This document shows, one piece after another, positions 13,220 to 60,829 of a stretch of 64,000 nt of DNA (positions within the stretch are counted from its first letter, which is position 1; each line of letters opens with the position of its first letter). Origin of the DNA: Paragordius varius (Eukaryota > Animalia > Nematomorpha); contig OZ176058.1 in NCBI GenBank assembly GCA_964247055.1, positions 4,464,001-4,528,000 of the forward strand, in the 5' to 3' direction. Position numbers and translations under genes: made by a program. The notes beneath the pieces are model-generated. The model was not told where the DNA came from, searched no databases, and saw only the letters and a program-made list of their open reading frames with translations.

Positions 13220-14559
13220 TATATACCCAAAAAAATTTAATTTGTCTCAAAAGCTGAGCACCCTATAATATCGATAAAATTTTCATAACTGTTTGATACA
13301 TTTGTACATGTTATTACTACTCAAAGTATATCATTTTTATAAAAAATAAAACTCAAATACTCATATATACAGTAATTACTGAAATTATACTATGGACAAA
13401 ATGTAAAAATTAAAGACATATATTTTTTTTTAAAAGACAATCAACCATACTTTTTAAAACCGTACTTTTTAATATATAAAATGTTGAATAACAATCCTAT
13501 ATTACATATTTATCGTGTAACTAAATATACATATAAATTTTATACTTTACTTTAAAACAAAGAGTTATATTTTTTAAAATTAGGTTTAAAAAAGTATGGA
13601 GTCTTTTAGAAAAAATATTTGTCTTTACATTTTTACCTTGTGTCCGTATAATTTCAATTTTTACTGTAAAAGCAGGGCCACAGTATTCGATTTTCACTGT
13701 TTTAGAACAGTGATACTATAGACAAAATGTAAAAATATAAAAACATAGTTTACTTTCTAAAAGACAACCAACCATAAGTTTTAAATCTAGAATTATATCA
13801 ATATAACTCATTGTTTTAAATGGCAAAGTGTGAAATAGAGATATATAATACTGACATAATCAATTCTATATTTTAAAATTGTAAAGAAGCAGCTTATATG
13901 AGAAACATTAAGGTTTAAAAAATTATGGTCGTCTTTTTTAAGAAAAAATATTTGTCTTTATATCATTACCTTTTGTCCGTAATTTTAATTTTTACTGTAC
14001 TATTATTTCAACAAATTTAGATGGTTCCTTGCAAAAATTTGGATTGCCTTATGCAGAAAATTTTAGAATATATATCCTACTTAGATTTCAAAAAATAGTT
14101 TTCAAAATTTCTTGCGGTGAGGCACCCTGGATTATATATGTATTTCTCTTAATCTCTTACATTCTTAAAAAAATTTTTAATAATATACTTCTTGTGTTTT
14201 TAAAAAAAATATATGAATTTTGTTTTTTAAATTAAATAACGCTTTCCATTCTATTAATTATTAATAAATCGGATGATTTTAAATTCATGAAATATAGATA
14301 TACGAAAGCTATTTATTGTGCTCAAAATCAAATTATATTGTTTCTTTACAATTTTTATTGTCAATTATATATTATACAAAAATTAATTGATCATTTTTCA
14401 TTTAATAATTATGTGGTTAAAAAATTTATCATATATTTCAGCCAACAAATGTCACATGAAGTAATGAGCCTTGAAATTTTATAAAATTAATAACTGAATT
14501 TCTTAATATTATAAAAATAATTTTTATATTTATATTTTAATTTAATATTTCTCAAAATT

Positions 14560-17500
14560 ATGTCACACGTCATTACAAGATATGTTGAAAGTTTCCATAG
14601 AAAAACATCCAATACGCTATTTAGTAAAGGTTAATATTTAAAATTATTTTTTTTATTATTTTTAATTAAAAGTTTACTAAAATACCAAATTATTTAAGTA
14701 AAAAATTAAAATCATTATAAAAACTATATTTTTTATTACAATAAAGCTAATTGAAATTATACGGAGGACAAAACGTAAAAATATAAAGACAAAATGTTTT
14801 TTTCTAAAAGACAGCCAGCATACTTTTTTAAACTTCATTTTAAAAATATAACTCATTGGTTTAATTTGTAAAGTGTTTCACAATGAATTATGCATTTTAC
14901 AATTGTATTTTATAATTTCTGTGAGAAAATTATGCTTTATAAAAGTATGGTTGTCTTTTAAAAAAATATGTGTCTTTATATTTTTACGTTTCGTCACCAG
15001 TATAATTTTAGCTTTTACTGTATTAAATAATTTTTTATATGACAATAGAAATGTGAATGCAAAATTGAACATACAATAAAAATTGAAATTTAACGACGAA
15101 AAAAAGTCAAAAAATAAGAGAAAAATAACTTTTTTAAATTATCACTCAATTTCTTTATAATATTAATTGTTATAATCGAATATGTTAACAATTTAAAATT
15201 CTGTTTTTTATACAAAACGCGTTTAAAAAGATTTTATTATATACAGTTGCGTGTTTTTTTTAAAAAGCATGCCTTTTAGTTTTTCCATTATAATTCGAAT
15301 TTTTTATATGTGGGTTAAAAGTATATTATAACAATTTTCAATTTTCTTTATTTTGATTCAAACCCAAAACAATAGGTTATATTTCAATATATATCATACC
15401 AGCCTTTTTTACTTTTTTATGTCTTGTCTGTATAATTTCATATTTATATAAATAAATATATCACAAAAGAAGTAATTCATTAAAAATAATTGGTTATTAA
15501 AAATTTGTGCAAATTCAAAAAGGTACATGTTTCCAAAATAAAAATTTTTTTTGTTCCATATAGTTAATTTTGCGTAAAATATATGAGTTTTGCTTCCATA
15601 TATTCTTACGGGACTCACCAAATATATACGGAAAAGTTTGATTTTAACAAAAAAAATAATTTTTGTACCTGGCCAGAATCTCTAAAACAAGGTTTGATAA
15701 AATTTTTATATTATTTATTTATACGGACAAAACGTAAAAATATAATGACAAATTTTTTTTAAGACAACCTTACTTTTTTTTAACCTTGATTTATCCTATA
15801 AAAAACATTTAATACTAATCGTAAAATACATAATTGATTGTGTTACCAATTTACATTTCTATATTATACTTTGTAGTTTAAAATAATGAATAATATTTGA
15901 AAAAATCAAGTTTAAAAATTATGGTTGTCTTTTTGAAAAAGATATTTGTCCTTATATTATCCTATTTGTCCGTACAATTAAAATTTTTACTGTGTATTTG
16001 ATATTTTTATTGTAAAAGTTTACCATCATTATATACTAAAAAAGTTCAAATATAAAAATTAAATAAAAATATGCCAATTATATATCTCAATTTTTAAATT
16101 TAATTTTTTAAAAAAATTTTTTAGATAAGGAAGAAGATACAAATTTATTGACCCAATATTCCAGGAAACCTGAGCCAATCGAAGTTTTAGAAACAAAAGT
16201 TAATTTTTCGCGCCGTGAAATTAAACAATTATATCAAAAATTTAAACAAGTAAATATTAAATTATTACTTAAATTAAAATTAATACTCTGAAGACAAAAC
16301 GTAAAAATTAAAAGACAAATATTTTTTTCTAAAACACAACCATACTTTTTTAATCTTGTTTTTTTCATACATAAACCGTATATAGAAAACTGAAATTATA
16401 TGGAATAATATAAAGACAAATATTTTTTTAAAGACAACCATACTTATTAAAACCTTAATTTTTGCTATATAAAATATTTAATTGCAATTGTAAACTACTT
16501 AATTACCAAATATTTCTATTTAATATTTTGCAGTTTGAAACGATCATTTACTTAATAAAATTCAGATTTAAAAAAATATGGTTGTCTTTTAGAAAAAATA
16601 TTTGTCTTTATATTTTACGTTTTGACCATAGTATAATTTCAATTTTACTGTAAAAAATAATATTCATGTATATAATGGAGTGTAAATATTTTTCTTACTT
16701 ATTTTGCAACATAAAACGATAGAAAAAAAAATAAACATTTTAAAAAATATAGTTGTCTGCTTGCAATTTGTTTTTTCGTTTTTAGGTTTTGTCTGTCTAA
16801 TTTTGATTATTTATATCTCACGTTTTGGTTTAATTTATTTTTACTGGATACAGATTTAAGATACTTTTATATTTTTTTTTTCTAGAATTTTCCGCGTGGC
16901 TTCATAGATCATGAAGGTTTTCGCACCCTTTTTGCCAATTTATTTAGTGATGGAAGTATAACATTAAAATTTGCAATTTAAAGTTGATATATTATTGGTT
17001 TTTTCAAATGTATTGGTAAATAGCCTAAACATGTAATAAAATTTAAAAAAATATGAATTATATTTCTTGCTTGCTTTCATATATTTTAAGAACATCAAAT
17101 TACTATATATCTATGTCACCAATTTAAATTCATTTTCTAACAAATAAAATGGCTCTTTAATGTAATATAATAAATGTTTATATAAATAGGGTCTGAATAT
17201 TATGCAAACCTTATTTTTTCAAGTATCGATACAGAAAACAAAGGATATATAACTTTTCAAGTATTTAAATATTAAGCAGTTTTTTTAATTCTTTTTATAT
17301 AAAATACATAACATTTTGTCTGCCTAATTTATATCTAATGTATTTTGCATGATTATTTTATGAGAGATTTGTAGAAAAGTACTTCTTTTATAAGAATCGT
17401 CCTATGCTAATATAATTTAATTTTTATATCAATCTTGTTTTTTATTTCGTTTCTTATTTATATTATGTTTCAAAATATATATTAATGTCTTTGCTGTGTA

Positions 17501-20500
17501 AATTATTGTGGTTTTTTGGTTATTTATTAAATTAAATTATAAAAATGCGAAAAAACGATACAACCATAAAACAATAAAATTTGAGCTTTTTTTTATACAA
17601 AAAAAACTTTTCCGATAAAAAATGTAGGGATGATTTTTTTGTATAAATATATATATACAGAGCAAATTGAAATTATAGTATGGACAAAACGTAAAAATAT
17701 AAAGATAAATATTCTTTTCTAAAACACAACAAACTTTATTTTTCAAATTCAATTTATTTTAACATTGTTTTATGTTTTGGGTTGCAAAATAGGGAATTGA
17801 TATGTAAATTAATTTAAGAGTGTAATGAAGTTGTTTTAAGTAAGAAAAATAAGGTTTAAAAAGCAGGCTTGTCTTTAACAAAAAAATATTTGTCTTTATA
17901 TTCTTACGTTTTGTCCATAGTATAACTTCATATCTTACTGTAAGGAGACGACCTATAAAAAGAAAATAGCTAGAGCTAAAACTCCCCCTAATTTTAGATT
18001 TAATGTTTGATTTGTAATGCAAAAACCTTTAATCATACTTTGTTTCTTTTAATTCAAATTCTATTTTTTTATCCTAGAAATATATAAGCTTCATATCTCT
18101 CTTAAAACCAATAAAACCCAAAGACAATGCTAACATACTTAATAATTCACTTGAAGAAGGGAGAAATAGACCTCAGCTTACAAACGATAGTATATTTATT
18201 ATATTTTATAAAAAATTGAAATTATACTGTGGACAAAACGTAAAAATATAAAGACAAATATTTTTTTACAAAAGACAACCATCTTCTTTAAACCATTATT
18301 CCTCTAAAAACTTTTTTACAATAAAAATTGAAATTATACGGACAAAACGTAAAAATATAAAGACAAATATTTTATTCTAAAAGACAACCACACTTTTTAA
18401 ACCATAATTCCTCTATAAATCATTTAATTACAATAACAAAATATAAATTATTATCAATATACATTTCAATTTTATATTTTCCAGTTTAAAAGAATGAGTT
18501 ATATAATGAAACAAGTTTTAAAATAGTATCATTTGTCTTTTGGAAATAATATTTGACTTTATATTTTTACGTATTGTCCATACTATAATTTCAATTTTTA
18601 CTGCAAAAGACAATTTTTTTCTTAAAAAGACCGCCGTATTTTTTAACCTGGTTTGTTTAAAATATATACAGTAAAAATTAAAATTATACGGAAAAGGTAA
18701 AAATATAGACAAATGTTTTTTTCTAAAAGACAACTAAACTATTTAACCTCATTTTAAATAAGATAACTCATGTTTTAAATTGCAAAGCATAAAATTGATA
18801 TGTATTGGTTACACAATCAATTATATATTTAACAATTGTAATTATATAGCTAATATAAGAAAAATTAAGGTTTTAAAAAATTTGGTTGTCCTATTAATAA
18901 AAACATTTGTCTTTATATTTTTACGTCCGTATAATTTTAATTTTTACTGTATTTTTACGTCTGGTTTGTATTATAATTTATATTATTACTGAAAACTAAC
19001 GTGTAAGTGGCGAAAAATAATTAATATCTACTTGATATTTATGGTAGAAAAACATTTCAAAATATAAACAGTAATAACTAAAATTATACGGACGTAAATA
19101 TTTTAAGACAAATATTTTTTTTAAAAGATCGTACGTTTTAAAACCTTAATGTTTTCCACATAAGCTATCTAATTACAATTATATGGAATAAATTGTGTTA
19201 GTAAAAATATATCATTTCACACTTTGTCATATAAAACAATTAGTTAGTTATATTGAAATATATCATGATTTTAAAAGTATGGTTGTATTTTGAGGTAGGA
19301 ATATTTTTTCAAAAACCTTATTTTTATAATTAAAAAAAAACCATCAAAAACTAAAGAACAAAGTAAAAACGACACGATAGATGGCATACTTGATTGGATC
19401 TTTTGCCTTTATGATATAAATCGAGATGGTTTCATAAGTCCAGAAGAAATGTTAGAAGTCAGTATAGCAATTTTTTATCTTCAAAACAAAATTATGAATC
19501 CACCCGTCATTGAAAAGATAACTAATCATGTTTGCCACGTTTTTAGTGTAAGATATTTTTAATATATTTTGAAATTATATGGACAAATTTAAAAATATAA
19601 ACACACAAATATTTATTTTTAAAAAGTCAACCATACTTTTATAAATGATTTAAATATAATTCATTTTTTAAAGTATGATATAGACGTGTAGATTAGTAAC
19701 ACAAATGCGTATTTTACAATTGTAATTAAATAATTTTCGTCTGATAAATTAAAGTTCAAAACAACAAGAGTTGGCTTTTTATTAAAAAACTTTGTCGTTA
19801 TATTTTTACGTTTTTTCCGTCTATAATTTCAATTTTACTGTATGATATCGATCACTTTCAAAAAAATTTTTAAATATATATAAAAAACAGTATATAATTG
19901 TTATTCGTGAGTTTAGAGATTTTAACGCGCCCTTTTTAAAATTTATGGAAAGTTTTATAAATATTTATAAGTCTAATACTTTTTGTTTTTAAAAATCTTA
20001 ATTTGTCTATTTCGATATTTTACTTTTAAGAAATATAGTAAAAATTGAAATTATACAGAGAGTACACTAAAAAATATATTTTTCTTAGACATGTAACTAT
20101 ATATTTTAAATTTTTAGTTTTTTTAAATATATTCAATTGTAAGTTGCGAAACTGCGACGAGAGAAGCAAATTGATAATACAATGTATATAAACAGTAAAA
20201 ACTGATTCGGACAAAACGTAAAAATATAAAGACAAATATTTTTTTAAAAAACAAACCATACTAAACTCCATTTTTTAAATTAACTCATTGTTTCAAATCG
20301 TAAATCATAAAATGATATGTATATTGGTGACACAATTTATTCTTTATTTTACAATTGTAATTAAATAGCTTATATAGAAAAGCTTAAGTTTTAAAAATTA
20401 TGGCTGTTTTTAAAAAAAATATTTGTGCTTATATTTTTACATTTTGTCCGTATATTTTCAGTTTTTGCTGTCCAGATAGATTTATGGACAAAATTAGGGT

Positions 20501-20845
20501 TTTAAATGGTTGTCTTGAAAAACTTTGTCCGATTATTTTCAAATTCTTCTGTATTTATTGATTTGATTTTCAAAAAAACTTTCGATATTTATTTCGACTT
20601 CAGCTTTTTATTCAAAAAAAAAGCATTTTTATAATTAATTTCATATAAACAAATTTTATACTTTATATATTATTTATTAGAAAATGGATACTAAAAACCA
20701 ATTGGCAATTTCAAAGGCCGATTTCTTCCAGTTCTGTAAAACGCAGGTTTTTTTTCTTTTTAATTTAAATTCTTTATATATTAAAATTATTTTCACATTT
20801 TTATTTTAGAGAATGGAGGTAATGAAGTCCCTGGGAATATTATAA
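14560..20845 (+). CDS. KCNIP: KChIP/calsenilin-like neuronal calcium sensor, copy 2
   Basis: Exons: alternative first 14560-14629 or 15583-15691, then 16125-16249, 16886-16955, 17190-17260, 18078-18189, ~19357-19547, 20681-20746, 20810-20845. The frame is open with GT-AG sites. Exons 3 and 4 differ from copy 1 only at synonymous sites. Confidence 0.85.
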
Positions 20846-22020
20846 AAATATTATATCAGTTCAAAAAATTAAACCAAAGTTAAATTTGAATTATGAAAAT
20901 CATTTAATAAATTAATTTTATTAGCTGATATAATTATATTAATTTTTATATACTAAAAAGTAATACTTTACATTTCAAAATCATATTTTTCCACGTTTTT
21001 AAACCATCGTGCGCTTAAATTGACACTTAAAATTGAAATGTAATATAAAAAAAATACTAATTTTAGTTGGGCACCGACAGTTATTTAATACAGTGAAATT
21101 AAAAATTAAACGTAAAAATATAAAGACAAATATTTTTTTAAGATAATATTTTAAAATCTTGGATATCTAACGAAAAGGTGATGAAAGATGTAAAGTATAA
21201 TATAGTAAAAATCGAAATTATACGGACAAAACGTAAAAATATAAGGATAAATATTTTTTAAAAAAAAACAACCATACTTTTTCAAACCTTAATTTTTCTT
21301 ATAAGGCTATTTAATTAAAATTTGTAAAAAAAATGATTGTGTTACAAATTATAAAATAATTCTCTATTTAACACTTTGTCATTTTAAACAATGAATTATA
21401 TTTTTGAGAAATCAAAATTGTCTTTTAGGAGACACATAATTATCTTTATATTTTTACGTTTTGTCCGTATTATTAAAATTTATTTTCGGGATTTAATATT
21501 TAATTATAGGTGCCAATTAATATGGTAATTTTTAAAAAATTTAAGCATATTGATAAACAGCGAAAACATAACTAAGGCCAAGTAACTGTGAGGCGACTTT
21601 TATACATATAAATAGAATTAAACTTAAGTATTTTTATTAAAATTTTAATTTAATTAAAATAATTTTGATATAAATTTCAAATATTTTAATTACATTTTTC
21701 GTAAAATACACTATATAATCTTTAAGCATTCATCCTAATGATGATTTTAGTTTTGAGGTATACGAGTGATTTAAGAAAGTTATATCAATTTTCCCTCAAC
21801 GTTGAAAAATTCTAAAAATTATTTTTAATAACACCAAAACTATAATTTCAAATATGTTAAGTAAAAAACAAAAAATTATAAAAGTAGTTATTATATATGT
21901 ATAAAAAATTTATTATTAATTATAATATTTTTTGCAAACAATCACGCATAGTAGACAATAATTACATATAAAAGCCATTTTATAATAAAAATAATTTTTT
22001 TTTAAAAAGAAAATTATTAT

Positions 22021-55957
<33,937 letters not shown>

Positions 55958-58248
55958 ACATTCATATTAACCTATTTTTGATAAAATAACTATTATCCAA
56001 AAATAATTATATTTATTTTGCTTATAGGTATTTGTTACAATTAAAATACGTTTCTAACACTTATTTTAGTATAATTAACTGCTTAAACACTTAGAAAAAT
56101 GGAATTGTCCTATAAAATTAAGTTTTGAAGCTAAAACCACTGCAAAAAAATTCAAAAGAGTTACTTAACTAGCTAGAATTTAAGCGTATAATTAGAAATC
56201 CTTAACTATTCTAACGAAAATTTTGCCACACATTTAATAAGGTTATAATTATTTTTAAATGATCAATACTCTGGGAATGTAAATTTAAATACCTATTCTA
56301 AGGGTAGTTTTTAAAGCGAATTATTGTATAAGTAATAAGCCGTTATTCTTTAAAATGATACTCAAATTAGAAGTTTATGGGCCGCATGAGGCCCTAAAAG
56401 TGCTTTTTTGGCCAATAATTATTTTTCAAATTTTTTTTTACTTTTATTTGGAGAACGATTTACAAATATGTCACACAACTAAAAAGATTGATTTTATCTA
56501 TATTGTAGCCATTGAGACAAAAAAACGCTTCCTTGGCCTTGAAATTTTTTCTATTATCCTGGTAAAATATATATCTGATAGATACACAATCCCTTAAAAT
56601 CGGCGGTATAAACAATTTAACTTTCCGATTCAAATTGGGGTATCTAAATACCTTAGACTAAATTTAAATTTATATTTTTAAAAAACTAATGAATGAAACG
56701 GTCCCAATCTAACATTTGGATACAACACATTCATTTTAGTCCTTCGATTCAAATTGGGGTAGTTAAATACCCCAGGCCTGTCTAAAATTAAATTCCTTAA
56801 AATATATGGAAGGAATCGAAACCATGGCAAAATTTTGCAGATGTATTACATTAATAAACCGAAATATATAAAAAGTTTTATTCTAAAATACTTGTCATTA
56901 CTTATTTTAAGCTAAAACCGAAAGGTAAAAATTTGGTCAACGTGGCATCGGTGCAATGGCAAAATCGATAAATAATACAAAATAAACAGCTTTTTCTATT
57001 TCTATCAATGTTAAATGGAATTTAAATAAAAATTAGCTTTAATTTTACTCTTAAAATTAAATGAAGACGACATTTTGCAAAAATTTTGTAAAATTAAAAT
57101 GGCGTCGAAGTAGTTTGAGATGGAACTTTTTATTCAAAACAAAATTTTATCAAAATATTTTGGCATATTTATATAATATTTATCAGGATAGGAGCATAAT
57201 TTTAAATTGGGACTGTTTCCTTCAGTAGTTTTTAAAAATATTTTATTTAAATTTAGTCTGGGGTATTTAGATACCCCGATTTGAATCGAAGTGTTAAAAA
57301 AACATTTATAAAAATGCATATTTAATTCAAAAATTTCATTTTTAGCAAAAAATTTCAGGCATATTGGAAAGGGTAAATGATTTACGATATTAACATTTAA
57401 TAATTTTCACCTTTTGTCCTAGGATAGTTTTAGCTCAATTTTGAAAATAAATTACAGTTTTAAAAGTTATTTAAGGTAAAATTTAATTATTATAAACATT
57501 TTTCTAACAATTTTAATAGAAAGATTGTATTTATTACAGTTTTATGAGTGCTAGCTAAAATTGGGACCCCTTCCTAACACAATTGGAACAAACTGATATT
57601 AATATATCAAAATATATTAAGTTTTTGCCGAAAGGTAGTTTGAGATGAAACATTTTTTTAAAACAAAATTTTATCAAGATATTTTGTCATATTTATATAA
57701 TATTTATCAGGATAGAAGCATAAATTTAAATTGGGGCCGTTTCCTTCAGTAGTTTTTTAGAAAAATAAATTTTAATTAAGTCTGGGGTATATAGATACCC
57801 CAATTTAAATCGAAGTGTTAAAGTTAATCATTAACTATTCTGACTATAAAAAAATAAATTTAGTTGCCTGTTGTATTGGCGATTTAATAAAAATTAGAAA
57901 AAAAATGACGGCGGAAAATTTTAAGGCGAAGATTTTTTTGATTTTTTAGATTTTTTTTGTATAAGCCGCCTATAAAGCTAAAGAAATCATAATTTTAAAT
58001 TTTCCTTGATAATTTTGAACATCTGGGATATAAAACTACTACCCCAAAAGGTAATGGACTTTTAAAACACTTTTTTATAACACTGAATATTTTATCATTT
58101 CCTTTTTCGTTCGAAATTTTAGGTTATATGTAAATTGTTGTTATATCCAAATTTACACATAAACGAATCTAAAACAGGGATAAAAAAAAGTTTTTTTATT
58201 GACATCTTAAAATGTTTATATTATTGCTATCATACTATTTCAAATATA

Positions 58249-58620
58249 CCATTTACAGCTCAAATTTACCCTTAAACAATTTAAACTCACCTTCGAACAA
58301 TTCATATTCACCCTTGAACAATTCAAATTCACCCTAAAAATAAATTATGTGTTTTCGAACTAATATAGCTCATTATTAATGAGAAATATATATTTATGGC
58401 ATAGTTTATTATTTTTCAGTATTATTTAAAATTAACAAAATTTTTATTGATTAAAAATATATAAAAATATTGGTTAGTTTTTGATCTAAAAACATATAAT
58501 ATTTTATCTGAGGGTGAATTTGAATTGTTTAAGGGTGAACTTGAATTGTTTAAGGGTGAATTTGAATTGAATTCAAGGGTGAATTTGAATTGTTTAAGAT
58601 TGAATTTGAATTGTTAATGG
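58249..58620. mobile_element. Family B element
   Basis: TATA|CCATTTACAG...AATGG|TATA with inverted 21-bp repeat arms. Other copies at ~2800-2991, 10048-10272, ~45625-45865, ~54450-54680, 54753-55035, ~59040-59350. Confidence 0.75.
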
Positions 58621-59439
58621 TATAACATAAAACTCACTTTTTAAATATTGCTAACTCAAATAATAAAAGTCATCGTTTTTTTTGGACAGAATCGTTAGGA
58701 GGAGGGCACAAAATTTTAGAATATCGTTTAATGACAGTTGTTTTGGTAACCCTGAAAAGGAAATTTATCACATAAAACACTGAATATTCATTACAATATC
58801 TCATGTACCTCACTAATATATCGGAGAGCATTTTAATCACACTTTGAAAAAAAAGCTTTAAATAGACAAAAACTTTAACTTCATACACAAAAATTTAATT
58901 ATTTTACAAAATATTTTCTTTTTTTAGGATAAAAAAAACTTTTTTTATGGTCAACAAATAAAAATATATATTGAAAGTTTATAATCGCAACATCTTTTCT
59001 TTATTTTGAGAAAATTAGCCTATTTTAGAAGTGGTAAATATACCATTTACAGTTCAAATTCCCCCTTGAACAAGCCAAATTCACCCTTGAACAATTCAAT
59101 TCACCCTTGGATTCAATTCAAATTCACCCTTAAATAATTTAAATTCATCCTTAAACATTTCAAATTCACCCTTGAATTCAACTCAAATTCACCCTTAAAT
59201 AATTTAAATTTAACCCTGGAACAATTCAAATTCACCTTGAACATTTCAACCTTGAACAATTGAAATTCACCCTTGAACAATTCAAATTCACTCTTGAACA
59301 ATCAATTTCACTCTCGAACAATTAAATTTCACCCTTAAACGATTCAATTCACGCTAAAATAAATTATGTGTCTTTTACCTATATTTTTTTACTTATATTA
59401 TTTTAAATTGCTATTTATGCGTAATATTTATGATATATA

Positions 59440-59919
59440 CCATTTACAGCTCAAATTCACCCTTAAACAATTCAAATTCACCCTTGAACAGTTCAAATTC
59501 ATCCTTAAACAATTCAAATTCACCCTTAAACAATTCTAATTCACCCTTGAACATTTCAACCTTGAACAATTTAAATTCTCCCTTGAACAATTCAAATTCA
59601 CCCTTAAAGAATTCAAATTCGCTCTTGAACAATTCAATTTCACCCTTGAAAATCAGTTTCACCCTTAAACGATTTCAATTCACTCTAAAATAAATTATGT
59701 GTTTTCAATATAAATCATTATTAATATAAAATATAATTTTATGACGCATAGTCTATTATTTTTTCGGTATTATATTAATTTTAAATACAAAATATTTCAT
59801 AAAAGTATAAAAAATATATAGGTATTTTAATTAAAAAAACATATAATTTATCTTAGGGTGAATTTGAATTGTTTAAGAGTGAATTTGAGTTGTTCAAGGG
59901 TGATTTGAACTGTAAATGG
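59440..59919. mobile_element. Family B element with an expanded 21-bp array
   Basis: TATA|CCATTTACAG...CTGTAAATGG|TATA. The 7-aa periodic ORFs here are by-products of the 21-bp repeat. Confidence 0.75.
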
Positions 59920-60737
59920 TATAAATTTTGAAATTTTAGGACAAATTCCATTATAATTTGGATATCTTTGGATAAAGAGTTGGTTAGGGTTATAAAATAG
60001 TTTGCCTTAAACAATATTTTTACTAACTGATACGGAAATATTAAAGTAATTTTTTTTGTAAAGAAAAAATTAATTTTTAAGAAATTTTGAGATTTTAGAT
60101 TATTCATTGTTTTAAGATTTAATATTAAGGTTAAAAATACTATATTTTTATAAATATACAGATAAATTTTGAAATTTTAGATTATTTATTCTTTATTTTA
60201 AGATTATTTTATTTGTGTGTTAATTTGGATATCTTTGGATAAAGAGATCTATTATTTTTATTTATTGATACGGAAAATATTAAAGTAATTTTTATGCATA
60301 TAAATTAATTTTTTGAAAATTTTGGAATTTTAAATTATTGTTTATTTTAAGATTTAAATGGTGTATTAATTTGGATATCAATTTTTTGTAAAAAAAATTA
60401 TTTTTTAAAATTTTAAGATTCTAGATTCAATTCTAGTTTAATGATATCTTTAGATAATAGTTTTTTTTGAACAATATTTTTTAAAAAATAATTTCTAAGA
60501 TATTTTGGGTTTTAGATTAATAATTTAAATATCTTTAAACAAGAGTTGGTTTTTAACATTTTTCCATTTATAACAGAATATTTTAAGGTAAAATAGTCTT
60601 TTTTAAACAATTTTTTACTAATATAGATGAAAAATTATTTTTTTTGATAAAAATATATATTTGACATTTATTCATTTTTTACTTTTTTTGATTTTATAAA
60701 TTGTTTTTTTATAATATTATTTTTTGCATTCATTTAG

Positions 60738-60791
60738 GAAGTGATATTATTTCCTGCCATGAAACCAGATGTTAATAAAGAATCCGAATGA
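60738..60791 (+). pseudogene. Inverted orphan copy of LysRS exon 15 with flanking intron and 3' region
   Basis: atttag|GAAGTGATATTATTTCCTGCCATG...GAATGA encodes the same peptide. Only a fragment of the exon 14 donor (~59960-59995) lies upstream. Confidence 0.8.
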
Positions 60792-60829
60792 ATAAATATT
60801 TACTTTTGAAAAAATTATTTTTAAATATA

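Noticed and set aside
13052-13250. Overlapping ORFs with 7-aa periodicity (also 59113-59301, 59430-59693, 59444-59662, 59853-60107)
   Set aside because: They are translations of the 21-bp family B repeat, open on both strands by chance
58670-58888. 72-aa minus-strand ORF in a slightly GC-richer patch
   Set aside because: There is no recognisable homology or convincing splice context; it cannot be supported without a database search
60738-60791. Trans-splicing use of the plus-strand exon 15 copy
   Set aside because: Nothing in the sequence supports it; an inverted segmental duplication explains it more simply
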